From Lama guanicoe (Eukaryota): a DNA stretch of 64,000 nucleotides. The DNA lies in NCBI GenBank assembly GCA_013239625.1, contig MU054049.1:11015-75014 (forward strand), read 5' to 3'. Numbering within the stretch: the first letter of the stretch is position 1; the number at the start of each line of letters is the position of its first letter. The translations under genes and the position numbers were made by a program. Below, in pieces: positions 48,701 to 61,216 of the stretch. The notes below the pieces were generated by a model. That model worked only from the letters and a program-made list of their open reading frames with translations. It was not told where the DNA came from and searched no databases.

Positions 48701-51700
48701 TCATTTCTACTGGCCTTTCCCCAGGGCAGATTCTCAGTCCTGCCTTTGATTGCCCGGGTCTTCCCTGCTCTCTGTCACCAGCTTTCTCCATCTCTCCTTT
48801 TTTTTCTTCTCGTGCTACTTGGTCCCTGTTCTCTGCCTCTGCCTGTCCTTTGTCTCCTTGTGTCTTCCTGTATTTTTCTCTCATCTGCCTCACTTTTTCT
48901 TTTCTATCTTTTAATTATCTATTTCCCTGTCTTTCCTTTTCTCTTTCCCTTTCTCTCTTTCTTCTCCTGCCTTCCTCTCCCTTCCCTTCCCCTCAACGAG
49001 AACTCCACCCTGGAATTTTGTTGTCCTTGTTCTCCTAGGTTGACTTTTGGGGCTGCAATTCTTTTAATTCATCCATCCACCCACTCACTCACCCTGTGCT
49101 GCTCCACTATTCTAAGCCAAGGCTTGTGCTGGGCACCGGAGTAGTGACCGTGCATCTGCCCAGAGCTTTTCTCCAACAGACTGTAACCAAAGATCTGGGC
49201 ATGTAACCTGTTCAGCACTTGTTGTGGGAAAAATACATAGAAGATCAAATTATAAAGCTCTGAGTTTTCAGGGTGAGCTGAAAGGAAAAAAAAAAAACCC
49301 AAAACTTGGCTTTAGAGACAAGGCATTGATTGAATCCTTTTCTTGGCATTCTGCCTTTAGTAATAGATACAGACAGCACCAGGAAGCTAAATCTTGCAGG
49401 AACATTTAGAGGGGACACTGGGGCCCATGCCATCGTTCATGGAGGCCATGTAAGGCCAGGTTGGTGGGGAGAGGGAGGGTGGGATTCAGAGCTCAGTTGT
49501 GGGAAGACAATACGGAGGCCAGCGCTTTGCATGTGAGACATTTGGGTGAGAGTTGATACAAGAAATTAGCTGTAAATTTGTAAAGTATATACTTGTCCAT
49601 GCTGCTGGTGTGTAGAAATTGGGTTTCATAATCACTGTTGCGTGATTCAGACTTTTTATAGCAATTATTGTAGCATTTGAAATTAATATTTTTGTGTACA
49701 TTATGTAAGACCACAGTGAAAATGTTTCATGTTAATTTAAAAGATTGTCTCAAAGGCATACTAAGTGAAGAAATACAGAAAAACAAATCTGATTCATTTT
49801 TGAGGAATGTAGAGGGTATTGTATATCAAAGCAGTTTTTTGCTTCTTAAAAATGTAACTTGTCAGATAGACATGATGTCATTTTTTGATATTTTATGACA
49901 TGTATAGTTGTATGTTCAAACACATACATATACACACAAAATGTATATATACTATGTTGTAAAAAGAAAACCTATTTGTTTTTAAAGCTGCTAATTACTG
50001 CCTAACACTTGAAGCTTTTTGTTCTTGTAATTAATCTGTCCCTTGAGTTTGTTATGATTTTAATGATAATGCAGCTTATTTAATTAACCTTTAGGTTGAT
50101 ACCCCCCCAAAAAATCTACCAATAGATAAATCACACAGAACTGAACAAAAATTAAATACGATGGAAGAGGATTGCAGTGTTTATTGAAAGAATTTTGTTC
50201 CATTTTATATCAAAGAACATTGGACAAATTCATAGGTATAAGCACGGCACTTTGATTTGAGAGACTGTTTTCCCAATTGAAGAGTTAAATTGTCTTTTAA
50301 GTCATATAACCAATGACTTCCCATGTATTAGGACTCTCGCGGTGGCGCAGGGGAGAAGGGATGCTTTTCAAATAATTTAGAACCATCATGTCTGCTTTGC
50401 TTAGCAGATATCTTTTTCAAAAATCTAGGAGGTGACAATTTTTCTTTAAAACAGATAGTCACATTTTTTTTTTTTGAGTCAAGGCCAAGTCTCAAGCTGC
50501 AGTGCTTTTAAATTTCTTTTCCTTCTTCAATAGGCTGCCTCTCTCCTCCTTTCTAGTCGTTGATATTATTGTGGAGTCTGGCTGAGCAGTCAGTCTGTTG
50601 TTCCAACCGTGGACTTGCCCCCTGAAGGCTGCCGCGGGAATTGGTCCATGTGGCCGAGCTGTGTTAGGGCTGCAGCTGACCCCGCTGTGGGCTTGGGAGC
50701 TGGCTGCATCCTGGGAGCCCTGCATTGATTTTGCTTGGACATAGCAGGCATCCCTGCCAGAGGGGTGTAGGAGAGCTGGTCATGGAGCCTTTGAGGGCTG
50801 GCTAGGAAGTCCTTCTCTTTCCCTGCTTCATGGTGCCACCAGCCAGCCTCCAGAAAGGCCTGGACAGCTCTGCACTTTTAAATTTTCTCAGGGCTCCAGG
50901 GCTAGGAGGATGTCCAGAAAACCTGTGTGTTTCCCTTTTCAGGAAAACCTCACTGTTTGCATGAACAAGATGCTTGTCTTTAGAAATCGTCCTAAAAGGT
51001 CTGAGAAGCATCTCCACAGTCTGGGGAAACCAAAGTATTGGGGCACCAGAGATTTTGTTTTTCTGTTCTCATTTGTTTTCATTGAAGAGGAAAGGCAGCG
51101 CAGGGAGGCACTGGCCATTGGTGTAGATGGCATCTCTGGGTAAGACCTAGTTTCTGAGCTGCATCTCGAAACAGCTGGAGGCTGGCCAGCTGACCTGGGT
51201 GCTGAGGGTCTGCAGGCCTGTCCGGAACACGAGGTCATCCAGTTGTCTGCAAAGAATTCGTCGCTCTGTAAGTGGAGGGCAAAGGAGGAAACTGCCCAGG
51301 CCATTTGGTCACTTATGAAACATTGCCATGTGCTGGCCCCTGGGAGTCCACGGCAGAAGGAGGGCAGCCCAGAGGCTGACTCTGACCTGAAGCACTAGTG
51401 CAATAATAAATTGATGCAACCCAACATTTAGTGATCTGTGCTCTGTAGCACTCTAGATAGGTGAGTCCATTTAATCTTTGCAACCACCTGATGAAGTGGG
51501 CCCCTGGGTGACCTATGATGGGAAAGCAGAGGCAGGGAGAGAATCAGCACCACCCCCAGGCTTGCATGATTGGTAAGAGCAGAGCTGTATTTTGACCCTA
51601 GAACCCACACCCTTAACCTCTATGTGGGTGGAAAGCTGGATGTTTCCTGGGACAGCGTGGCTAGAGCATGAACAGAAAGGCAGAGTGTGACCAGTGCTTC

Positions 51701-53169
51701 TCACATGAAGGAATGATCGGAGTCTGCAGCCGGTGCCCCAGGAAAGGGAAGAAACAGAGAAACATGTGCTCTTACACCATGGCGTGGGTGAGGCTTCATC
51801 TCTCAGAAAACTTCCTGTTTTGGTCAGTAGAACCCTAGTTGGTGGTTCAGGATGACTGGGACCCTGAGGGAGAAGTATCCCCATTGGGAGAAAAGGCTGG
51901 ACATGGCCAGACACCCTGTCAACCCGGGGAGCTCAGTTTCAGAAGGTCGCCAGGATGATCACTTCATGATCCCATGATCTAAGGGCTGGGAAAAAGTTGG
52001 AGAGTCTGGGATGGAAATCAGTTTCTTTCAGTAGGACCATGGGTGGTAATGAGGGATGTCTGTGTGGCTCAGAGGGTTGTCTTGCTGAGCTCAGTCTGAA
52101 AGACTCAAGGAAGACAAGAAGAGCCCCTTCTCAGGACACACACAAGAGTGACAAGGAGTAAATAGTGTCAGGACACGAGAGCCCAGAAGGAACTGAGGGT
52201 ATTGAGGCGAGCGGAGGACAGCGAAGGTCCTTGAACCCTGGACTGGAAAAAAAGAACAAGGACTGCACAGATCCACTTGCTCCTAAAACCGCTGGTGTCT
52301 GCGGAAGGAGAAAGACGAGGGAGCAGCTCTGCTTTGCCCCGCGATTGTCTGGACAGAGAACCGTCCCCCATTTGCAAAGGGCATTGGTAGGTCCAGGTAG
52401 GACAGGGTGGTGGAGGCTGTGCACGTGGTCTCCTGACCCAGAGCTCACTCTCCAGAGATGACCTCACACTTCTGCAGTGGTCCAGTGAGAGGAGTGGGGG
52501 GTCATGATACAGGTGCATGTAGCCTGGAGCTGGATGAGACTCCAAGTCTGACTTTGACCCTGGGAAAGAGCCTGCCAGCCTTCAACAAGAGCGTTAGGAG
52601 CTGGCAGGGACTCCCCAGAAACAAGCCACATCAGACATATCATTTTCCATTTGAGAGATGTTGCTGTGACTATTGTCGCAGACTGAGAGGACCAAGGTTA
52701 GATGGGACCCCAGATGAAGTTTGGTAGGACACACTTCACACTTGCCTAAGTGACCTCACTCAGCAGTGGTGGTGCCTGTGAGAGTGGTGACCCTCAGGGA
52801 GGGTGGGCAGCGTGCCGAGGGTCCCCATCAGCTCAGTACCATGGTCTCCTCCCTGTCTTCTTCTTCCTTCTCGTTCTCATTATCATTAGTAAGATTTGGA
52901 TGGTAGCATTGATGGAAGCGATTTTGGGTGGACTCAGCAGTCAGTAGAATCCAGATTTGCAGTGGTCTCAGAAAGCTGTAGGGCAGTACGGAGTTTGCCA
53001 ACATGGCATTTGCAGGTTGGAGATGAACACACTTGGGTTGAGAGCTGCATATTCCCTCACGTGACTGTTGTGAAAATTCCATGAAATAAAATGTGCTAAG
53101 CTCTTAGCATCTCTGGCATGTAAAGACTAGTCAATAAATGGTGACTTGTATATTTGGATCATGAAGCAA

Positions 53170-53370
53170 ACTTGGAGGAAATATTCCATCCTGCAGGAAG
53201 ACCACATGTCCCAAATTTTAGTGCTGAGAGGAAGGTTGTCCCATCTATGGCTCAGGGCAGTCGTGGTAGTTCTAGAGAATGGACATACATGGCTGTGGTT
53301 GGACAAGGTTGCCCGAGCTGTGAAGGCCGCCCTGAGGGACGCACAGGGGCAGCTGGACCACGAGGTCAGC
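53170..53370 (+). pseudogene. Putative degenerate PR/SET-domain remnant in the ZNF488 intron
   Basis: Collinear IFHP, SAERKVVP, GHTWLWLDKVAR, GQL across two frames, resembling the recalled PRDM8 PR domain. Confidence 0.5.
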
Positions 53371-53484
53371 GGGGCAGCCTCCTGCCCGGATTTGGGAAAC
53401 TCATCAGGTAGTTCTAAACTGTTATCTGGGGAACAGAGAGAAAGAGAACGAGAGAAAGAGAAAGGTGGAGTTTGCGTGAGTTTG

Positions 53485-53560
53485 TATGTGTTGTGAGTGG
53501 GTGTGGGTGTGGGTGTGGCTGTATGTGTGTGAGTGTATCTGTGTGTGTGTGTGTGTGTGT
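53485..53560. repeat. (TG)n-rich microsatellite
   Basis: Directly visible. Confidence 0.9.
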
Positions 53561-55551
53561 CTCTGTGAACTCATGGAAGCTCAGCAACAGGGCTTCAAGC
53601 AGACTAGTTACTCTGTGAGAAAGGGGGAGAGGTGGCTTCATCCCAGTGGCAGTCATACACTGGTAGACCTGGAAAGGAGCTAATTCAGCCCAACCCCGGC
53701 TTATAGATGGTAAATTGAGGCTGAGTGGGGTGGGATGGTAGCTCAGGGTCACTCAGTGGGCTAATGTGGCTGCCTTTGCCTCTTCACGAAACACTGGTCA
53801 TAGCTCATCTCTGATGTCAATGGCAGCCCCTTTGAGGTCAGTTTGGAAAGAATGTTGGGAGAGACTCAGATCCCCCTGCTGGCACATGGTTTGGACTTGG
53901 TGCTGGCCACTGGGTGCTCTGTGAGGGTGACATGGGCAGAGCAACCAAAGCAGGTTTTGGAGACACACATTTGGGTTTCAATCCCAGCTCTGCCTCATCC
54001 TTGCAGGGGACATTGGGCAGGGTGTTTACTATTGAAGGATCTGGGTCCTCCTCTTTCAGTGACATGCACCTGTCACAGACTTGTGTCATTGAGATAGAAA
54101 GAAGGAGGGCAAGTACCTGGGCTTCCTTTTACATCTGGGGCAGGGGGCTGGCCAAGAGGAAGGCTCTTGGCCTTCCAATTGACTGTCCATTGGCCTTCCA
54201 TTGTTGAGCCCATCAATGTCCCTGTGAGGAAGGCGCTCAGCCCATCTACACCTCATGGTCCTCCTGGGCTTGGGCGTAAATACTTCTTAATGATGAAAAC
54301 TCAGAACACTCCTTGGAGTGTGGTCCAGAAATACTGCTCACCAGCTGAGGAGGGTGCTTGAGGATAGGTTTCCCAGTTTCAACAACTCCCTAGTGGAGCT
54401 GATCAGGGATGAATGCCTTCCTAGCAGGGCTGATGGCTCCCTCTCCTCCTCGGTGCCACTGTCACAGGTGACCTCTGTGTGTCTCCCCTGCAGCTATGAG
54501 CACCTCAAGGGCAAAGCAAAGACTGGTTCATCTGTTAATGCCCAGCAGGTTGGCACAAAAGGACATTTGACAGTTGACAGGTGAGCAGAGGAGAAGCACG
54601 GATGGTCACTTCAGGCAAGTGGAGAGGTGGAGACCCACACTTGTTCCAGGGGCAGGCCAAGTAGAGATGTGGCCGCCACCCAGGTGTGGGATCAGGGGCC
54701 AGGCACAGCCCTGGGTGCAACCTGCCATGTCTGAGCGTTTTTTTGTCCAGCTTTTATTCTCTGGCCACCTGTGCTACGGGAACTCCTGTCTCCGAGTACT
54801 TAAAGTGTCCTGGCACTTCTGATGATTTGGGAGAAAAATTAGCATGCTGAGAAGCAAGGGCCAAAAGCTGCTGTAAATCAAGGTGCAAGCATGTTAGAGT
54901 TGTCAACCACGTCGGAACTGGCTGGTGGAAGCCTCGTGTGCTCTCATAGGCCTCTGCTGCCTGGATGCGGACAGGTGAGGGGCAGTACTGAGCCTGGCCT
55001 CTGGGGGCAGTGCTGTGCGGTATGGTCCCTCCTACCTGAAGGCGTCCTGGAGGAGAAAGCAGGTGGCACTGTGCTCTGAGTCAGGCTGAGTTGCTGCATC
55101 CATAGTAGTGAGGGTTCTTTGTATGCAAACAACAAAGACAGACTCTGGCCAACTTAGGCAAGAAAATTAATTAGAAGGGTGGCTTGTCTAACACCACACA
55201 GCTAAGGACTGGCAGAGCCTGGATGCACATTGACACTTGTCTACCCCCCAGTTCATGCTTCTATCAGCACTTGGCCCGAGACACCACAGTTCTGGGTTAG
55301 AGGAGGTTTTCTATAAGGCCCTGCAGCCCGCATGCTGTGATGTGTCCCTGAAAGGAGGGCTCAGGTCTCACCACCTGTTGCTTCCTCTCTCTGCAGAGCC
55401 CTGTGGTCCAAGTGTGCTGGCCTCGGCACCAGGGGAGTGCTCCAGTCTCACGGCCCCTCCCTGGCCAAACCCTCCAGAACACTGAAGCCTCAGAGAGTGA
55501 CAGCTTCCAGAGCATCCACCTTGCTCAGCTGGCCCAGGCCCTGCGGTCCCC

Positions 55552-56532
55552 ATGGCTGCCGGGAAGGGAGCTCTGCGGAGCCCTTCAGCTGAAAACAGAT
55601 GGAGGCTTAGTGAACCCGAGCAGGGCCGAGGACGCAAGCCCGTGCTACTGGAGAAAACAAACCACCTGGGCTCTGAGGTTGCTACGGGCAGTGGTGGCCG
55701 GGATGAGGCCTATGCCGAGATGGTGCTGTCAACAGCCCCGGGCAAGCTCAGGCTGGCAAAGCTGATGCCCCAGAAGGCTTGCTGGGAACAGGGGCAGAGC
55801 GCCTTCACGGAGGTGCCTCAACTCAAGAAGAGGCTGAGGGGCGGGCAGGCCCAGGAGAGGGAGCGTAGTGGCCCTGCCGGCCAGCCTGGCCCCCAGCAGC
55901 TGACCCTGAACATCCCCAGGGACCCAGCTGGCAGCGCGGTCTTCTCAGGGTGGCCGAGCGGAGCCCGAGGGGAAGAGAGAAGTGCCTTCAGCAAGCCAGC
56001 CAGGTGTCCAGCAGGGAGACCCGGGCCAGCCTCCGTCTTGCAGGCAGGCAGACCTGCAGACGCCCTGGGGGAGCTGCTGGGACTCATCCACACAGTGGAT
56101 GTCACTTGCTGGGGTCGACTTTCGAGTTCCAAGCTTCTGGTGGGTGATTTCTGGAATCTGCAAATGGTGTCCCAAAATGCTCCTCTCTGTAGCACTTTCC
56201 TGGGTGCCCCCACACTGTGGCTCAAGCACGCGGCGGCCCAGATACCCACGCCCTCCTCCTCCTCCTCCTCCTCCACCACCTCTTGGGCCCTCCTGCCACC
56301 CACGTTCACCTCCCTGGGCCTGTCCACCCAGAACTGGTGCGCCAAGTGCAGCCTCTCCTTTCGCCTGACCTCAGACCTGGTCTTCCACATGCGGTCCCAT
56401 CACAAAAAGGAGCAGCCAGGGCCTGACCTCCATTCCAAGAAGCTGAGAGAAGAGGCCCTCACATGCCCCATCTGTCACGAGTATTTCCGGGAGCGCCACC
56501 ACCTCTCCCGGCACATGACTTCCCACAGTTAA
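55552..56532 (+). CDS. ZNF488: Zinc finger protein 488 (326 aa, two C-terminal C2H2 fingers)
   Basis: MAAGKG...SAENRWRLSEPE N-terminus; QNWCAKCSLSFRLTSDLVFHMRSHH and CPICHEYFRERHHLSRHMTSHS; likely acceptor CTGCAG ending 55396. Confidence 0.97.
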   Translation: MAAGKGALRSPSAENRWRLSEPEQGRGRKPVLLEKTNHLGSEVATGSGGRDEAYAEMVLSTAPGKLRLAKLMPQKACWEQGQSAFTEVPQLKKRLRGGQAQERERSGPAGQPGPQQLTLNIPRDPAGSAVFSGWPSGARGEERSAFSKPARCPAGRPGPASVLQAGRPADALGELLGLIHTVDVTCWGRLSSSKLLVGDFWNLQMVSQNAPLCSTFLGAPTLWLKHAAAQIPTPSSSSSSSTTSWALLPPTFTSLGLSTQNWCAKCSLSFRLTSDLVFHMRSHHKKEQPGPDLHSKKLREEALTCPICHEYFRERHHLSRHMTSHS

Positions 56533-56721
56533 CAGGTGGTTTGGAACCTCTAGGTGCAGTGTCCAGCACTTGACAGTGATGCAGAGCTGGCTTCCTGGGC
56601 CTGCCTTTCAAAAGGCTGGTCACTGTTGTCCACAGGGCCATCTCTCTTGGGCCGTTGGAGGAGGAACAGTTAAGTCAGAATTTGAAAAAGACAACCAGCT
56701 CCCGTGATGTGTTTTGAAGGA

Positions 56722-56727
56722 AATAAA
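56722..56727 (+). terminator. Candidate proximal poly(A) signal of ZNF488
   Basis: AATAAA 190 nt after the stop codon. Confidence 0.4.
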
Positions 56728-56849
56728 GTCATGAAATTGTGCACTTTGTTAATGCCAGGTATGGTGACGATAGACCCAAAGTGTTTGTGACATTTTCAGA
56801 AGTGGAGCCTCTGCTCCTGTCACCATTCCTTTGGCTCCATGTGGAGGCA

Positions 56850-57010
56850 AGTTTGGCACAGAGCGTGGGCTCTGCAGGTAGTCAAACCCAGATTGGAATC
56901 TTGGCCCTTCCACCTGCTAGCCCTGACCTTGGACACATTGCTCTCACTGTCTTGAGTCTCAGTTTTCTTATCTGTAAAATGGAGGTGATGACCCCTGTGT
57001 CCAAGGGAAG
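56850..57010 (+). mobile_element. MIR SINE
   Basis: TGACCTTGGAC...GAGTCTCAGTTTTCTTATCTGTAAAATGG core. Confidence 0.8.
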
Positions 57011-57478
57011 TTGTCAAGGTTGGACAGGAAGATGTGGGGGCAACGGCCAGCACACGCCTAGCAGCTTCATCGCTGAGCAGGCGATACTCATGATCATGGT
57101 CCAGATTAGTGAGAAAATCTCAGTGGCAGGCACTGCAAAGCCCCTGTTTCCCAGGCGTGGGTCTGTGCGGCGAGCTGAGCTTGGCTCCTGGGGCTGATGG
57201 GCTACTAGGTCAAGCTCCTCTCAGGCTTGTGACAAGACCCCAGGAGGGCAAGCCCCAATACACAAGCACCTCTCAAGCCTCTTCTTGGGTCACTTTTGCT
57301 AATGTCCCCTGGGCCAATGCAAGTTGATGGCTGAGCCCAAAGTTGAGGGGTGAGATGTGCCCACTGCCCAGAGGGAAGTCATGAGTGAGTGGATAATCCT
57401 ACCACAGGAACTGAGGAATTCAACCAACACCTGGTCCGTGGTTCTTCCCTTCTGAATACACGAAAGTGGGAAGATGGA

Positions 57479-57504
57479 ACACACACACACACACACACAC
57501 ACAC
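57479..57504. repeat. (AC)n microsatellite
   Basis: Directly visible. Confidence 0.95.
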
Positions 57505-59084
57505 CCCTCTTAGCTCTCAGGAAGTGAGCCTGCACAAAACCTTCAGGCTTAAAACACGATGAGGACTGGGGGTGTTCTGGGTACCATTTACTGTCTAATG
57601 CACATTCAGTTTCTCTCCGTACCTATGCTGTTTATCCACATTTGTCCTCATTTCTCATAATGCAAACCTTGGGTCATAAACTCTGTGGTAACACAAGCCA
57701 GTGTGTGTGGAAGCCACGTGCTCGGATTTCTTTTGAGTCAATGCGGTCCTTTTGACCGGTTTCCACCTCACTTTCAGGATTTGTTCATTTCACCTGTAGT
57801 TTCCAACCATCCAGAGGGATCAGGCTGGTGGATGGAAGGAGGTGGGGGTCTTGGCCAGTGGGCAGCTCACCCTCCAGACACCCCAGACTCCGCCTCTTCT
57901 CTCCACCTCCACAGCTCCCACCTGGCCCACCCCGCCCCATCCCTCTCCCTCCCACCCCCCTATCTCCCACCCAAACTCCCGTCCATTCTCCACAGCCAGT
58001 GGTATCATCATTCACGTACTGGCCTCCCTGGGCACCGTGCTGTGCCAGACTCTGCCAAGGCCGTGGTGGGGGGCACAGTGAGGTTGGCCCTTGGTCCTTG
58101 GTCAGGGTGGGAGATGACTAGGGTGCAGTGTGACAGATGCAGGGCAGAGGCCTGTGCTAGGGCGCTGGGCACCTCGGAGGACAGACCCAGGTCAGCCCTG
58201 TGGGTTGGGGAGTGGGGTACCCCTGGGGGCCTCCTGAGGAGTTGGGGCACAGGATGAGCCTCAGCCCGGGATTCAGATAGTGCAGAGCTGGGGAGAGTGT
58301 GGTCCTGAGCCATAGAGGCCCCAGGTACAGCAAGGCTGGTGTGGGGAGGGCTGAGTGGGGAGGTGGCCCTTGGAGATGCACGACATTTCTAGGAGGAATT
58401 TGGACCTAGAAATGGCTCTGAGAGACACTCCTAGGGGCCCTCTGGCTGCAGCAGGAAATGCGGGCTGGAGGGGAGGAGATGGACCCCCGAGCTGTTTCCT
58501 CTGTTTCTACAAGGAAGCAGCCATGCTCCCTGGAAGCACCCGTGAAGCACCTCCATTTCTCCGGGGAGGCTTGGAGGCCCTGCCTTCCCCAAGGGAGATG
58601 AGGAATGCAGCAGGCCGGGCCCCTTTGGGAGCTGCATGAGGCTAGAATTTGCTTACAGAGAGGCTGTGCCCAGAAGGAGGCCGAAGCTTCAGGGAGTCTC
58701 CCTCCCCTGAGGTCCCATGTAGGGCAGGAAAGGGCACCTCACGGGGTTTGAACTTGAGATGACGCACTTGCACTGATGTTCGTTATGTCATTTAATCCGC
58801 ATGCCATGCCCAGGAGGTAGCTATTCAATCCCGTTTTACTGCGGGAGACCCTGAGTCCCAAGAGGTCAGCTGGCTTTCCTAAGACCATGGGTTCAGGAGA
58901 AGCAGGGCAAGAATAAGACCCCAGGAGCGCCCTACTGGGTGCTCACATCTTTCCCAGCCTGCTATACATCTGCTCAGCCCGGCCTGGTCACGTGGCACCA
59001 TGGAAGCTTGAAAGACTAGGACTTAGGGCCCGGCATTGACTCCCCCTCTAAAATTTCAGCATGCACCCTACGCCTGCCTCCAGC

Positions 59085-59292
59085 GTTTTCTATTGCTCTT
59101 CTCTTGAGCACTTTTCACTGTCTTGCATACAGTCATTTTTCTGAATTACCTTATTTACTGTGTCTCCCATCATTAGAATATTCGTTCCCTAAGGTATTTC
59201 TGCTGTTTTGTTCGCTCCTGTGTCCCCGGCAGCTAGAACAATGCAGGCAAGTAGCAGGCGTTAGTCAGACCTTTGTTGAAGGAATGAATGAG
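59085..59292 (+). mobile_element. L2 3' end remnant
   Basis: GCTAGAACAATGC...TTTGTTGAAGGAATGAATGA tail. Confidence 0.65.
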
Positions 59293-61202
59293 TTGCCTGG
59301 TTCCAGCCTCACCCTTGACAAACCTTGAATCAGCTTCTCATAAACGTTTTGGCGTCTGTCAGACTGTGGGCACAGCTGTCCTCCAGCTGGTTGGATCGCT
59401 CCATCATTCTCTTTGAAATCAGTTTGACAGGCATAAGTGTGTCGTCCCAAGACACAGCAGATACTTGGAATTGGGAGGGACTCTGCATTCCTAGTCCATC
59501 CTCTCACTCAAGGCAGTGAGCACTGAGGTCCACTGATGTACAAAGTGATGCAGGGCAAGAGGTGGTGCGGTCCAGGCTAGGACCCCTGAGATGTCGAGAC
59601 CGGTGTGTCTTCCCTGGCCCGCCCACACTCCCCTGGGGATCTCCAATATGACTGCAAATGGAATTATTACTAATAGTGACCTTGTCATTTACAAGCAAGG
59701 GAGACATTTTGGAAAAAACATTAGTTAATTAAATTAATGTTATGAAGACGCACAAGAAAGTATCTTCTCCCAACTCAGCTTTTTAAGATGGAGTTCATTT
59801 CGATGTGGATGCAAGTTGCTTTGCAGCCGTTCAAATTGACAGATGCAGAGATGACTTATGGAGGTGACGACTTACAGTTTATTCATGTGGCAGTTCCTAC
59901 TTGTCACCAGGCTGGGTCCCGAAAGTCCCCATGGCAGTCGAAGCCTGTCTTGTCCCTTTTCTCTCCTGCCCTCCTGTATCTGCGGGAGAGCAGTCACTTT
60001 TAATCAGGACTTCGCCCACCCTCTCTCTGCCACCATCCAGACCAGTTAAGCGTTGGCGGGTGACGTTGCCACAAAGCATCACATCAGCAGATATGAATTT
60101 CACTTGAGATTTCCAGGGTAAGAATGGCCACCTTCCTTAAATTCATTTAATCTGCTCTGTACCCCAATCTTGTGGCTCTGGTAGGACAGGCAGTCTGTCT
60201 TTTTAAAGTTCCTCTCCTGTCTCTCCAGTTTACAGTAGGGTCCCCAGCACCTCCCACCCAAGGGTCCCTCTCAGCGCCATGCAGTGTCCCGTGCTGCACT
60301 GGTTTCTTAGCCGCTGTCTTCCAGCGGGCTTGGACTCTTCTCCCAGGATCTCAGGCCTGGTTGGTTTGCTGGCAATGATGTCATTAGGCAAGTAACACAG
60401 GAGCCCCCGAACCAATAAACACACAGTCTTCTTGGCTTGTTTCTTGGACAGTGGGAGGGAAAATGCCGACAGCGGCTGGAAAAACAGCAAATTACATCTT
60501 AATACATTATCGCCCAAGCAACAGCCATTCAATTAAGATTTATAAAAGTCCCCGGAATACGCTAATGAGGCTCAAATAAGACATTCTGAATTCAGATCTA
60601 TTTATGTTCTCAATTTTAACCAAGATTTGCTTTTCTTTCTGCTTCTGCCTGGAAGAGAAGTAAAATCTTAATAAGACCACGATCCTAGATTTCAACTTCT
60701 GGCCAATTCCTGAATCTTAGACAAGGGATTCTACTCCAATGACTATGTAATTGGGTTAATGAAAATGAGTGAAGCCCACTGGGCTTGTGGGGAGGGGAGG
60801 GAAGAGGAGGTGGGGGTGGTCCTGGCACCTGGAACTCCTGTGTCCTGGGGTGAAGGCCCCTCAGTGCCAGGCTGAATGCAGGCCTCAAGAGAGGCCAGAA
60901 GTCACGACTGCATGTGGAATTAGTGATCACTTATTCAATTGTCTTTTAAAAACTGGTGGCCCAAATGCATAAATTTAAAGCAGCACATTAATGGTGGTGG
61001 TGATGCGGAGGGGATTGGAACCACCAGCCAGAGACCCCTAACTCTATTATGCACCCAGCCTTTGAGCTGGCTGCATTCTGCTAACCTCATACATACCACC
61101 CTATTCCTCTGGGTACAGGAAGAGAACCCTGCATAGGGGAGAAAGTCAGCAGAAATTGTCCCAAGGTGAACCCCACATCCTTTCTTTCGTTGGAAGGTGC
61201 TG

Positions 61203-61216
61203 GCGCCCCCTTGTGG
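61203..61216 (-). promoter_or_regulatory. Candidate CTCF motif
   Basis: Minus strand CCACAAGGGGGCGC closely matches the CTCF core. Confidence 0.55.

Noticed and set aside
55290..55330. EEVFYKALQ resembling the PR-domain LFYRSL motif
   Set aside because: Single short motif; maps to the same PR position as the better-supported 53.3 kb segment
55818..56390. 190-aa antisense ORF over ZNF488
   Set aside because: Shadow of a GC-rich CDS; non-ATG start and no independent features
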